DNA of 64,000 nucleotides from Candidatus Microgenomatus sp. (GTDB lineage Bacteria; Patescibacteriota; Microgenomatia; UBA8517): NCBI GenBank assembly GCA_020724585.1, contig DYGS01000001.1, positions 674,535 to 738,534 of the forward strand, read 5' to 3'. Shown piece by piece: positions 18,544 to 29,069 of this stretch (position 1 is its first letter; each line of letters starts with the position of its first letter). The notes under the pieces were generated by a model. It saw only the letters and a program-made list of their open reading frames with translations, ran no database searches and was not told where the DNA came from. The position numbers and the translations under genes were made by a program.

Positions 18544-19523
18544 CACATCATTCTTCTGTTTCCAGCAGTATGTTTTTTAAAAAACATACCGTTAGACACA
18601 TGTGGATGTAGTGTCTAAAAGTGTAGACTATATCTTTCTCCAAATTCTTTATTCTGGAGATCGGCGTATTATATAACCTTTAGTTATATCTCTCCTTCAA
18701 GATAAAAAAATTATCTTTCAGGTTCAGTCGTTACGGGGTCAAAGGAACTTTGTATAACATAGATTTTACAAGATATTTCTTTATTAAGTTACTAAAATTC
18801 AAAACGCTTCTTGATGGGATGTGCAATATTGCATATCCTCCAGCATAGTGAATATTTGTATCAATTTCAAAGTTTTTGTATAAACAATTCTTTAAAACTA
18901 AATTTTCCATATCTGTAAAACTGGATGTACATAAATATAAACCAGAGTTATCTGTACGTTTATATCCATCATCCATATACCAAACAGCTAATGTAATTGG
19001 ATCAGTTATTAGATTTTCAATAGAACTTGGAATAACTTTCTTTCTACCTTCGTAAAAAGCTTTTCTGTATTCCTCAAAAATTGGTAAAGAATAAGTATCA
19101 AACCTTAATTGATTTGTTGCTTTTCTATAACTTCTTTGCTTAGATATTCTTATCTTATTGGTGACAAAGGGTTTTAATTCCTCATGTACCCAATAAACAT
19201 AGTCTTTCTGTTTTACAGATTGACATATCCTAAGCCTTGAATATTTTCCATTTTTTTCAAGTGTTCCATCTCCTAATATCTTACCAACAACAATTGCGTT
19301 TTGCTTTGTTGTTAAACTTATAATTCCTCGACTTCCCACGGTATTGTCCATGTATTCATGCTATAGCTAGCACAAAACAAAATATCATTTTTTTGTGCGA
19401 GATCTATAGTTATATTAAAATAACTATATACCGAAATATACACGAATACAAGAGGAGTTCACCGTTATTAGCCGATTTGCTCTAGAAATTACTTTCTAGA
19501 GGGCCCACGCTCTCATCGAGCGA
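18544..19523 (-). mobile_element. Group I intron in the 23S peptidyl-transferase region (between GUCGGCU and CAUCACAUCC) carrying a double-motif LAGLIDADG ORF
   Basis: A 980-nt insertion between conserved 23S exon sequences. Confidence 0.7.
18731..19351 (-). CDS. Double-motif LAGLIDADG homing endonuclease (206 aa)
   Basis: 'VGKILGDGTLEK' and 'AVWYMDDGYK' motifs. Confidence 0.85.
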   Translation of the reverse strand: MDNTVGSRGIISLTTKQNAIVVGKILGDGTLEKNGKYSRLRICQSVKQKDYVYWVHEELKPFVTNKIRISKQRSYRKATNQLRFDTYSLPIFEEYRKAFYEGRKKVIPSSIENLITDPITLAVWYMDDGYKRTDNSGLYLCTSSFTDMENLVLKNCLYKNFEIDTNIHYAGGYAILHIPSRSVLNFSNLIKKYLVKSMLYKVPLTP

Positions 19524-19942
19524 AGCCGACATCGAGGTAGCGAACCGCGCCGTCGATATGGACTCTCGGGCGCGACTACTCTGTTATCCCCGGGGTAGCT
19601 TTTATCAGTTAAGCCCCGTCCGCACCCATTGCGGATCGGGGGATCACTAAGACCTACTTTCGTACCTGCTCCACCCTCCGGTGTCGCAGTCAAGCTGGCT
19701 TATCCCTTTGTAGTTACACCACCGTTTCCATCGGTGGCAAGCCAACCTTTGTACCCCTGCGTTACACTTTGGCAGGGTACCGCCCCAGTAAAACTGCCCA
19801 TCTAGCACTTTTCCCTACCCTGTCTCCAAGGGTAATGAGTAAGTCCTACAATTTCCGACGGGAGGTATTACACTGTCCCCTTCGATAAACTCAGGGTCCC
19901 TCCTATACTAGACTATCAAAAATTGCAAAAGACAATGCCAAA

Positions 19943-19974
<32 letters not shown>

Positions 19975-20872
19975 AAGTGGGATTAGGCCGCGTCTTCACA
20001 GCCAACGCAATTTCGCCGAGTGAATCCTCGAAGACAGTTGCTAACTCGTGACGCTCTTCGTGCGGGCCAGAACTTACCTGGCAAGGAACTTCGCTACCTT
20101 AGAACAGTTATAGTTACTGCTGTCGTTTCACCGGAGCTTTGGTTCAACGCCCTTCACCTTGCGGATCGGACATCTCCCTTTAACCTACCGGCACTGGACA
20201 AGCGTCAGCCCGTATACTTTATCTTTCGATTTCGCACGGGCCTGTGTTTTTGATAAACAGTCGGTCAGCAAACTTTAGGTGCCTCCGCCAGAAGGCGGAA
20301 ACCCATCTCCCGAAGTTACGGGTAGTTTTTTTGCCGAGTTCCTTAAGGATTCTTCTCTCGATCGCCTTACAGTACTACTGCAACCCACCTGAGTCGGTTT
20401 GCGGTACGGCTTTTTATAAATCTCGCTGCGAATATTTTCTTGCAAACTGAAACTACTACAATCTCCCACCTCGCGGCGGAATTTGCATCACCACTTGAAT
20501 ACATTAACCTTTTGATTAATACGCTTTGGTAGATTTTCTAGTCAAAGCTACCTTATGGTTTACACCTCAATCAATAAGAGGCTGTAGAGTTCCTGTTTGG
20601 TTATCCCCAACTAATTGCGATTTATAAAAAATAGTTGAATATTAACAACTCATCCATCCCCTACTCCCATAAATGGGACTTGGGTTAGGTACCGATTAAC
20701 CCGTCGCGGATTAACCTTGCGACGGAAACCTTGGGTGTACGGCGTCCCGTTTTCTCAACGGGATGGTACGCTACTCATGCCTGCATTCTCACTCCCGTCC
20801 ATTCCACCAAACCTTACAGTTTGACTTCACAACAGACGGGACGCTCCCCTACCACACCCGCTCGCAGAGCGG

Positions 20873-20998
20873 AAAACTCCAAACTAGAAAAAATCAAAAA
20901 CTCCAAACAAATAAAAGATTAAAAATAAAATATAAAAACTTTTTATTATATAACTTTGAAATTGTCTTGAGTTTTGGAATTTTTGAGTTTTTGAAATT
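20873..20998. repeat. 23S intervening sequence copy A (AT-rich imperfect palindrome with AAAACTCCAAA / GAGTTTTGGAATTTTTGAGTTTTTG arms)
   Basis: Non-rRNA-like AT-rich 125-nt insert whose arms contain the family-A core. Confidence 0.65.
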
Positions 20999-21081
20999 CT
21001 CCGTTCTACAAGCGGATATCTCTAGCTTCGGCACTACATTTAATCCTCGATAAATCTTAGGCGCAATTACTCAATCGACCA

Positions 21082-21138
<57 letters not shown>

Positions 21139-21658
21139 TTGTGAGTAAAAACTTCCTTATAAACTTAATGTAGATTTAGAGGCCTTAACTGAGAGTCAAG
21201 GGTTGTTTCCCTTTTGTCATATCAGCTTAGCCCGATATGGCTGTCTAACTGCCTATTTTTAAGACTATTCGGAGTTTGGTTGAACTGAATTGCTTTCGCT
21301 CTCCAGCCCATCCAGTAGCTCTACCATTCTTAAATTATTGCAGTCGCGGTCCCTAAAGACCTTTCGGGGAGAGCCAGCTATCTCCAAGTTCGGTTGGTAT
21401 TTTGCCGCTAACCACAAGTCATCCCATATCATTGCAACGATAACGGGTTCGGGCCTCCTCCTTCATTTCTGACGGATTCACCCTGCTCATGGTTAGATCA
21501 CTTGGTTTCGGGTCTTCCACTTACTATCTTTTTTCGCACTTTCATACTCGCTTTCGCTATGCATCAGAAGTTAACCTTCTTTATGCAAACAGTAAATGAA
21601 AACTCGCAGGCTCATTCTTCAATAGGCACGACATTACTCACACAAAGCGCGAGTTCTT

Positions 21659-21782
21659 CAAAATTAAAAAATTCCAAAAATCCAAAATTCCAAACAAATA
21701 AAAAGTTTAATATTAAAAATATAAATTTTAATCTTTAAATTGCTTTGAGTTTTTGAATCTTAGATTCTTTGAGTTTTTGAAG
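21659..21782. repeat. 23S intervening sequence copy B
   Basis: About 95% identical to copy C over ~100 nt ('aaacaaataaaaagtttaatattaaaaatataaattttaatctttaaattgctttgagtttttgaatct'). Confidence 0.7.
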
Positions 21783-22098
21783 AGCTTGTGCTTCGCACGA
21801 GCTCTGTCGGTTTGTCCGCAAATAGTTTCAGTTTCTATTTCATTGGGTGTCTCACCCTTCTTTTCACCTTTCCCTCACGGTACTAGTTCGCTATCGGTTC
21901 GTATTTTTATTTAGCCTTGGAGGATGGTTCCCCCGGATTCGCACAAGGTATTTATCTCATGCTACTTAGGAAATCCCTAGGGTCATTTTTAATTTCGCAT
22001 ACAAGATTTTCACTTTCTTTGATTGACCATTCCAGATCATTCTGCTATTAAAAATAATCCCACAGCGGGCTCCTACAACCCCCCAATACGCTGCGCGA

Positions 22099-22219
22099 GA
22101 AAAAACTCCAAAACGAAAAAAATCCAAAACTCTAAACAAATAAAAAGTTTAATATTAAAAATATAAATTTTAATCTTTAAATTGCTTTGAGTTTTTGAAT
22201 CTTTGATTCCTTGAGTTTT
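22099..22219. repeat. 23S intervening sequence copy C
   Basis: Near-identical to copy B. Arms 'aaaactccaaaacgaaaaaaatccaaaactc' / 'gagtttttgaatctttgattccttgagtttt' form a long hairpin. Confidence 0.7.
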
Positions 22220-22740
22220 CCCTTGTGCAACGCACTGGAGTTTAGGCTCTTGCGCTTTCGCTCGCCGCTACTGACGCAATCTCTTTGATTTCTTTTCCTC
22301 ACCTTACTTAGATGTTTCAGTTCAGGTGGTTCCCCCTACCGCAACTATATGCTCTGCATTTCGTGCAAGAGTCTTTTCTACTCTTGCAAAAAATGCAAAG
22401 CATTTTTGTCACAGTGTACTCCGTAAAACGGAGTGGATTTCTCCATTCGGAAACCGACGGATCAAAACTTTTTTAGCAGTTCCCCGTCGACTATCGCGGC
22501 TTGATGCGTCCTTCATCGGAAAATACGACCAAGGCATCCACTATCTGCGTCAATGTAAAACTTTGCATGACTGTCTTTTTGTTTTAAAAAACAGTTTGTT
22601 GTTTTTACGGCCTTGTTTCTAATCAATATTACAAAACCGGACAAAGGGTTTTGTAATCACTTTACCACAAGCTGTTATTTGCCTGTGGAATTTACCACAA
22701 GCGGTATTGCTTGTGGAATTTATATCCTTCAGTTGTCAAA

Positions 22741-22823
22741 GTACAAACCAGTTAATAGTACTTAGTGCATAGTACTTAGAAAAAACTAAGTACTCTGCAC
22801 TCTGTACTAGGTACTGCTCCCAG
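22741..22823. repeat. Family-B repeat tract with perfect hairpin (agtacttag-aaaaaa-ctaagtact) in the tRNA-Ala/23S spacer
   Basis: GTACT-based units. Also a 9-bp perfect inverted repeat. Confidence 0.6.
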
Positions 22824-22896
22824 TGGACCGTATCGGATTCGAACCGATGACCTCTTCATTGCAAATGAAGCGCTCTACCAACTGAGCCAACGGCCC
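22824..22896 (-). tRNA. tRNA-Ala (anticodon UGC)
   Basis: GGGCCGT...anticodon loop UUUGCAA...T-arm GGTTCGAATCC...ACGGTCC-A. G3:U70 present. Confidence 0.85.
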
Positions 22897-22962
22897 TCAA
22901 ATCAATTGGCCAAGCTATGCTTACCAACTTAAGTCAAACGGCCCGGATCGATCCTATTATGT

Positions 22963-22994
22963 TGTGTACAAAAAAACCGACTCAAAAAGTCGGT
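22963..22994 (-). terminator. Rho-independent terminator (ccgactttttgagtcgg + T7) downstream of the small-ORF operon
   Basis: Minus-strand hairpin followed by TTTTTTT. Confidence 0.6.
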
Positions 22995-23134
22995 AATACT
23001 CTAAAAAAGATTCTTTATTCTCTACCCACGCAAAAATGCATCTTGGACTTTGAATTTTAAATTAATTTTTTTCATCAAGTATTCCGAACTTAAGTAAAGA
23101 CTAGAGAGTATTATATTGCAAATTAAAGGCATGG

Positions 23135-23389
23135 TCAAGAGTATTTATTAGCAAGTTCAATACCTAACTTAATCGCTTCATCCACATCCTCTTCAGAATA
23201 ACCAAATTGGAGAATTAATTCTTCTTTTTCACGAGCAAGTATTTCTTCTCCTTCATCCATATTTCCTTTTTGCCAAGAATGCTCAAATTCTTTTAATGTT
23301 TTTTGATAAGCTGTAATTGCAATAGAAGCCAATCTTGTTTCATTACCATATTTTTCCACTATTTTATCCGACGGATCGTGTTCATTCAT
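23135..23389 (-). CDS. Hypothetical acidic small protein (84 aa)
   Basis: ORF only. Confidence 0.4.
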   Translation of the reverse strand: MNEHDPSDKIVEKYGNETRLASIAITAYQKTLKEFEHSWQKGNMDEGEEILAREKEELILQFGYSEEDVDEAIKLGIELANKYS

Positions 23390-23450
23390 ATTTGTTAAAA
23401 AACTGCCCGATTATTGTTTACGCTATTTGAGTGCATTGTCCTTTAATGAA

Positions 23451-23696
23451 TTAGGTTATTCGTATTTCTTCTGTTTCTCTTCTACTAACAATAACTCCTG
23501 CAAATCTTTTAATAACAAAGACTCTAGCTGATAGTTCTTGCGGTAGCAAAACCCCTTCCTCCATAGTCAACTGCGATAATATGCCACCTACTTCGTGTAT
23601 CAACGCATCAGGTGTATTCGCGTCAACAGTAAACAATAATCCTGACGGACCGATAACCTCGGCCTGATATTCTAGTTTTAGTATTTCTGTTCTCAT
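23451..23696 (-). CDS. Hypothetical small protein (81 aa)
   Basis: ORF only. Its start codon abuts the left inverted repeat. Confidence 0.4.
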   Translation of the reverse strand: MRTEILKLEYQAEVIGPSGLLFTVDANTPDALIHEVGGILSQLTMEEGVLLPQELSARVFVIKRFAGVIVSRRETEEIRIT

Positions 23697-23698
23697 AT

Positions 23699-23780
23699 GG
23701 ACCCTTTACAAACAAATCAGTAACCAGCTTCGCTGTCAAACTAATTTCAAAAACGCACTGTCCTAGCTCCGGCCCCGCTT
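23699..23780. repeat. Left arm of an 82-bp near-perfect inverted repeat (81/82 identical to the right arm)
   Basis: 'ggaccctttacaaacaaatcagtaaccagcttcgctgtcaaactaatttcaaaaacgcactgtcctagctccggccccgctt'. Confidence 0.85.
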
Positions 23781-23841
23781 ACGCAGAGGCCTTAAGCTTT
23801 TTTGCGCACACGATTTGCTCAACTTTGCCGAGCAGTAAACA

Positions 23842-24588
23842 TCAAATTCTTGAATTCTTAAGTGTCGATAAGATTGTCTCGACAAGAATATTATTTTGTT
23901 CTGTTGAAGAATTAATTACATAAAAATAATCTTTTTGATTTGGAAAGACATAATCCTTTGGATCAATGGCAAGAAAATAATATTTATGTGTTCCAAGCCC
24001 TCTTGATTTGTATGTAAACCCTGAGTAACTACCTATAGAAACTGGTTTTGCCGTTTCTAGCACATCTCCAACTTCTTTTGAATTTGCAACTTCCTTTTCA
24101 ACAATCTGTTCCAAAGTCTGGGTTGTAGGATACTGGACTCTTTTTATTCTAAACTCAAACCCCGCAACTTCTTTGACACTATACTTATCAGGATTTGATT
24201 CATCAAACATTACAAAACGTGCATAGTTATCACTAGTTTCGCCATATGTAATATTTTTAGGGTGTTTTAATGTAAAACCATCAGCTCTAGATCCTGATTC
24301 GATCCAGTCACTTGTATCAATTAGGCTTGGTTGTTGAGATGATGGTACGGCAGTGGGTGTTGTGGATGGCAAAGTCGTATTGTTGTTTAACGACGTTTGT
24401 TTAGACAAGTTATTGCTCTGCTTTCCCAAAAAATAGCCACCAGCTCCAAAAACTAACGAGCAGATCAACCCAACAGCAAACATTGCAGTAAGATTGGCTC
24501 TAGGTTTATCTAAAACGGCTGGTTGTGCAACTGGGTTTTGGCCGACTGGTTGGGTGTTTTGATCTCCAATGTTTACTTGATTTTCCAT
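23842..24588 (-). CDS. Hypothetical secreted/membrane-anchored protein (248 aa from the internal ATG 'MENQVNIGD' with GGAG ribosome-binding site). The ORF track's longer form extends to 24681.
   Basis: N-terminal TM helix 'LTAMFAVGLICSLVFGAGGYFLG'. The whole gene lies between the 82-bp inverted repeats. Confidence 0.55.
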   Translation of the reverse strand: MENQVNIGDQNTQPVGQNPVAQPAVLDKPRANLTAMFAVGLICSLVFGAGGYFLGKQSNNLSKQTSLNNNTTLPSTTPTAVPSSQQPSLIDTSDWIESGSRADGFTLKHPKNITYGETSDNYARFVMFDESNPDKYSVKEVAGFEFRIKRVQYPTTQTLEQIVEKEVANSKEVGDVLETAKPVSIGSYSGFTYKSRGLGTHKYYFLAIDPKDYVFPNQKDYFYVINSSTEQNNILVETILSTLKNSRI

Positions 24589-24834
24589 ATTTATCTCCAA
24601 GAAAAAGTATAGCATTTTCATTTTAAAATTGGTATATTGATTTTGTACCCAGCTTTTCGATCGCTTTTTTGATGGCCGCATTGGACAATTCGAGCGATCG
24701 AGTTGGGTACAACCAGTGCGGCCATTTAAATTTTAGAACATAAGTTCGATTTTAAAAAAATCGTAACAATTTTTGCATTTTTCTTTTTAAGACAAAGGCA
24801 AATGTCCGAGCCGACTTTTGCGGAGAGCCAACGC

Positions 24835-24916
24835 GAAGCGGGGCCGGAGCTAGGACAATGCGTTTTTGAAATTAGTTTGACAGCGAAGCTGGTTACTGAT
24901 TTGTTTGTAAAGGGTC
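24835..24916. repeat. Right arm of the 82-bp inverted repeat
   Basis: Reverse complement equals the left arm except one C/T difference. Confidence 0.85.
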
Positions 24917-24934
24917 CACAGAAATGGAGAGTGA

Positions 24935-24992
24935 GGTGCGGTGCAAATGGGATCGAACCATTGACCTCGTTCTTATAGAAAATTTGCACCCG
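24935..24992 (-). other. tRNA-like fragment (acceptor stem + T-arm minihelix, no D/anticodon arms) immediately next to tRNA-Ile
   Basis: 'GGGTGCAAAT...AATGGTTCGATCCCATTTGCACC': 7-8 bp acceptor-like stem and a canonical TTCGATC T-loop. Confidence 0.4.
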
Positions 24993-24997
24993 TCGCT

Positions 24998-25071
24998 GGT
25001 GGGTGCGCATGGAATCGGACCATGTGCCTCTTTCTTATCAGGAAAGCGTTCTACCAGTGAACTACGCACCC
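24998..25071 (-). tRNA. tRNA-Ile (anticodon GAU), CCA encoded
   Basis: GGGTGCG...anticodon loop CUGAUAA...T-arm CATGGTCCGATTCCATG...CGCACCC-A-CCA. Confidence 0.85.
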
Positions 25072-25491
25072 AATTATAGGTGCAAATTTTATATGTCAAA
25101 CTTCGTCAATCACCCTTATCTAACTTTGGAGTTTACCATTTTTTTGCCTTATGGCCAAGAAGGTGAAGTTTAACTTTCAAAAATACTCACTTTATCTTCA
25201 AAAGTTAACTTAAAATTTTCTAAACAATTAAGTCTTCCTAATAGTGGAGGTATATAAATCTACACCTAAAATTTCTGAGTATTTTTTAGGTAATAAAATA
25301 TAGTCAGCTCCTGTGTCAATTATTATTTCTATTGATTCTCAGTATTTTGTAACTTCAGAGTAAATCTTAACAACTGCGTAAAGTAAATTTAATGTCTTTG
25401 TTTGCTTTTGCAATTTCATGATTTAAGCATAACACAGCACGCAAATCTAGAGCTTCTAGTCACTAAATTCTAACTGCTGTATAATGAAGTT

Positions 25492-27618
25492 ATGAGTAGT
25501 CTTGTTACATTGCAACTTAAACTTCCCAGAAACACTGAAGTGACTCCTGAATCTGCAAAAACTTTTTTATCGGCTCTAACTTCTATAAATTCTGTGTCTT
25601 TTTTCCAAAAACTTTTAGGAGTCAGGCCTCAAAGGCTTTCACTTGAAATTGCAACCATAAATCAACAAATTGTTTTTTTAGTAACAACGGATCAAGATTT
25701 GGCTCAATTTGTCCAAACTCAAGTCCAAAGTAATTACCCATTAGTTATTATTCAAAAAATTGACGATCCTTTAAAAAATTTAAACCTTTTTGTAAAAAAC
25801 CTAAAACTTTCAAAAGGTTCATACTACCCTATTGCAACATATGACAAGTTTGCCGATGTAGACCCTATGGCATCTATCCTTTCTGTTTTGTCAAAAGCAG
25901 AAACAAATGAAGTTACTCTAGTCCAATATGCACTGCAAGCTGTTGGCAGTAATTGGCAAGCAACGGGAGCTAATTATGCCGATTTTGGTACCAAAAATGA
26001 TGATGGAACTTATAGCCCAAGATCGGATAAAAATGTAATAGTTGATAAAATTTCTTATCCGGGATTTGGTTGTAGTATTAGAGTTGCATCAACATCAAAT
26101 AAAACCCTAAATGAATTATCAAGTGCCTTTGGAGTATTTACCAGAGCAGATGGCAACAGCATAGTCGGCAAAAAAATTGGCTTTTTGGGAAAGAATAAAG
26201 TTTTAGATAATTTAATAGAGAGAAATGTAGAAGGCAGTGACATTTTAAACATTTTAGAATTGGCGACACTTTGGCATTTACCTTCTGAAAAAATAAAAGT
26301 TGCGACAATTGCTTGGGGAACTTCGGTTTTATCAGAGGCGCCTGAAAATCTGCCAAATGCGCTTTTTGCTTCAGAAGAGGAAAAGCAAACCATTAATTTT
26401 TTTGGCAAGACATTATTCAAAAACAGAGAAACTATATTTGGAGTAAGAGATGTTGACAGAAGAAGGCATGTTTGGGTGATAGGAAAAACTGGTACAGGTA
26501 AGTCAACTTTACTTGAAAATATGGCAATCGACGACCTTAAAAAAGACCGCGGCATTTGCTACATTGATCCTCATGGCGACGCCTGTGAAACATTACTTGA
26601 GTACATTCCAAAAAGAAGGATAAACGATGTTATTTATTTTAATCCCGCAGACAGAGAATTCCCTATTCATATCAACCCTCTGGAAGTTGAAAACAAACAA
26701 GAGGCAGAACTTGTGGTCTCGGGCATGATGGCCATTTTTACCAAAATCTGGGCCAATGTTTGGAGTGCCAGAATGGAATATATTTTACGAAACACACTGT
26801 TAACCCTGGCGCTTTCCAGAGATAAAACACTAAATGATGTGATAACGCTTTTGACTAATAAAGCATATAGAAACTCAATCGTTGAAAAAATCGAAGATGT
26901 AATCTTAAAAAGATATTGGCTTGATGAATATGAAAAAATGCCACCAAATCTACAACAAGAAGCAATATCAGCAATATTAAATAAAGTCGGGCAGTTCATA
27001 ACTTCACCAATGATTAGAAATATAATTAGTAACACCAAATCTACAGTTAAACTTGATGATTGTATGAATGAAGGAAAAATAATTTTGGCTAATCTTTCTC
27101 AAGGAAGACTTGGTGAAGATAATGCCGCCCTGCTTGGTGCAATGCTAATTACCAAGCTTCAAATTGCAGCCATGCATCGAGTAGAAATCGAAGAAGCAAA
27201 AAGGCGTGATTTTTATCTTTATGTAGACGAGTTTCAAAACTTTGCTACAAGTTCATTTATTAAAATACTTTCGGAGGCAAGAAAATATAGACTTAATATC
27301 ATGCTTGCAAATCAATATATGGCCCAGATCCCAGAAGATGTACAAAAAGCAATTTTGGGTAATGCAGGTACAATTGCCTGTTTTGCATTAGGAGCCTCTG
27401 ACTCAGATATATTACATAGGGAATTTGCAGAAGTTTTTTCTCAAAACGATCTTGTTAACCTTTCAAAATATCAAATAGCCATAAAAATGATGATAGACGG
27501 GGAAACTTGCAGGCCATTTGTAGCCAATACTCTCCCACTCCCAATATCTAAAAATCAAAACCGAGAAAAAGTAATACAAGTTTCAAGAAGCAGATGGGCG
27601 AGAAAAGTTACAAATTAA
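25492..27618 (+). CDS. TraD/TrwB-like (type IV coupling protein / FtsK-HerA superfamily) P-loop ATPase without N-terminal TM segment
   Basis: 'VIGKTGTGKSTLLENMAIDDLKKDRGICYIDPHGD' closely parallels TraD/TrwB 'GTTGTGKSVLL...VIVDPNGD'. Walker B 'FYLYVDEFQNF'. TATAAT 15 nt upstream. Confidence 0.6.
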   Translation: MSSLVTLQLKLPRNTEVTPESAKTFLSALTSINSVSFFQKLLGVRPQRLSLEIATINQQIVFLVTTDQDLAQFVQTQVQSNYPLVIIQKIDDPLKNLNLFVKNLKLSKGSYYPIATYDKFADVDPMASILSVLSKAETNEVTLVQYALQAVGSNWQATGANYADFGTKNDDGTYSPRSDKNVIVDKISYPGFGCSIRVASTSNKTLNELSSAFGVFTRADGNSIVGKKIGFLGKNKVLDNLIERNVEGSDILNILELATLWHLPSEKIKVATIAWGTSVLSEAPENLPNALFASEEEKQTINFFGKTLFKNRETIFGVRDVDRRRHVWVIGKTGTGKSTLLENMAIDDLKKDRGICYIDPHGDACETLLEYIPKRRINDVIYFNPADREFPIHINPLEVENKQEAELVVSGMMAIFTKIWANVWSARMEYILRNTLLTLALSRDKTLNDVITLLTNKAYRNSIVEKIEDVILKRYWLDEYEKMPPNLQQEAISAILNKVGQFITSPMIRNIISNTKSTVKLDDCMNEGKIILANLSQGRLGEDNAALLGAMLITKLQIAAMHRVEIEEAKRRDFYLYVDEFQNFATSSFIKILSEARKYRLNIMLANQYMAQIPEDVQKAILGNAGTIACFALGASDSDILHREFAEVFSQNDLVNLSKYQIAIKMMIDGETCRPFVANTLPLPISKNQNREKVIQVSRSRWARKVTN

Positions 27619-27848
27619 ATGTATCTGACATATTTCTTCAAGATGTGACTAGGAAGCTTATATCCCGTTTTCTATCGTTAAAACGGCGATCTTAAAATAC
27701 GAGGTGTAAAAACACTCCTTAGAAAGGAGGTGATCCATCCCCACCTTCCAGTAGGGATACCTTGTTACGACTTAAGCCTTGTCGCTAAATTTACCTTCCC
27801 CCGGCAAAACCGAGGTTCGGGTACCTTTAACTTCACTGCCTTGACGGA

Positions 27849-28723
27849 TTGCACTTTACTCGAAGATTATAGTGCGTTCCCACTGGACAAGCGACTTTCT
27901 CGCATCCAGCGAGTCCGATTATTCATTTTCTCCTTTAAATTTATTATTTTCTGAACAACTTTTAGTTCTTTATGTTTCCTTAGATATACTAATTCTACTA
28001 TTTGCTTAAACAGCAAATAATCTTTCTTTTTAACACCCAATAATGGATATTTTTCAAAGAATGGAATTAACATTTCTTTTTGATCTCGAATATTATCTAC
28101 TTCAAACCTGTAACAGTCTGAATGATTTAGTCTTTTTTCTTTCTGATAATAAATAGCTCCACATTTTAAAACTTCTTTTACTTTTTCAAGTAATGGGAGA
28201 TTGTCTCCTCGAAGTTTAATGTAAAAATGAGGCTCTACTCTTATCGTCTTGAAAGGACCTTTTGGATATCTGATCCCAACATTGAAACACCCTTCTCCAT
28301 CAGTTAATCCAGTAATATAATAAGGATTCATAATCGGTTTGCCCCTTCGCCGCGGTTTCATAATTTAATATTACGCCGTATAGCTACTATGGACAAGCTG
28401 ACTTCCTAAAAAGCAATAATCTTCATTTTCTTTTTAGGATCTCCACGGGTTATTACATCTTCTCTTCCTTGCATGAATTAAAAGTTTTTTCTAATCGACA
28501 ACTTCCTTCTGACCGCCCAACAAAAGTCGTCATAACTTATATAATATAATCCCTGCAATTTGCCTCAGACCCTCCAGCTAATCAATTACTTGAATTAGCC
28601 TGTCATTTTTTTGGCTACGCTCCAAAACGGGTGTTTGGAGGCCGAGATTTAAACTCGGTAGAATATGTAACTGCCATGCGCGAAATTACCATTTAAAATT
28701 AATTAAATCAATTTCTTACTTGG
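27849..28723 (-). mobile_element. Group I intron in the 16S rRNA 3' domain (between GUACACACCGC and CCGUCA) carrying a LAGLIDADG ORF
   Basis: The conserved 16S ~1390-1407 sequence is split by ~875 nt. Confidence 0.7.
27867..28361 (-). CDS. Single-motif LAGLIDADG homing endonuclease (164 aa)
   Basis: 'ITGLTDGEGCFNV' motif. Confidence 0.8.
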   Translation of the reverse strand: MKPRRRGKPIMNPYYITGLTDGEGCFNVGIRYPKGPFKTIRVEPHFYIKLRGDNLPLLEKVKEVLKCGAIYYQKEKRLNHSDCYRFEVDNIRDQKEMLIPFFEKYPLLGVKKKDYLLFKQIVELVYLRKHKELKVVQKIINLKEKMNNRTRWMRESRLSSGNAL

Positions 28724-29038
28724 CGGTGTGTACAAAAGGCGAGAACGTATTCACCGCGGTATAGCTGACCCGCGATTACTACCAATTCCTCGTTCATGAG
28801 GCTGAATTTCAAGCCTCAATCCCCACTTAGAAGCCGTTTGATGGGATTAGCTCCCGCTTACGCGTTGGCAACCCATTGTCGGCTCCATTGTAGTATGTGT
28901 GTAGCCCCAGTCATAAGGGCCATGCTGACCTGACATCGTCCCCACTTCCTTCCACCATAAAGGCGGAATGTCTCCTGTGGATATTTAACACAGGATAGGG
29001 GTTGCGCTCGTTACCCCACTGAAGGGAACACCTCAAGG

Positions 29039-29069
<31 letters not shown>

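Noticed and set aside
26055-27038. Minus-strand ORFs of 166, 72 and 123 aa
   Set aside because: Antisense to the TraD-like ATPase ORF, which carries clear Walker motifs.
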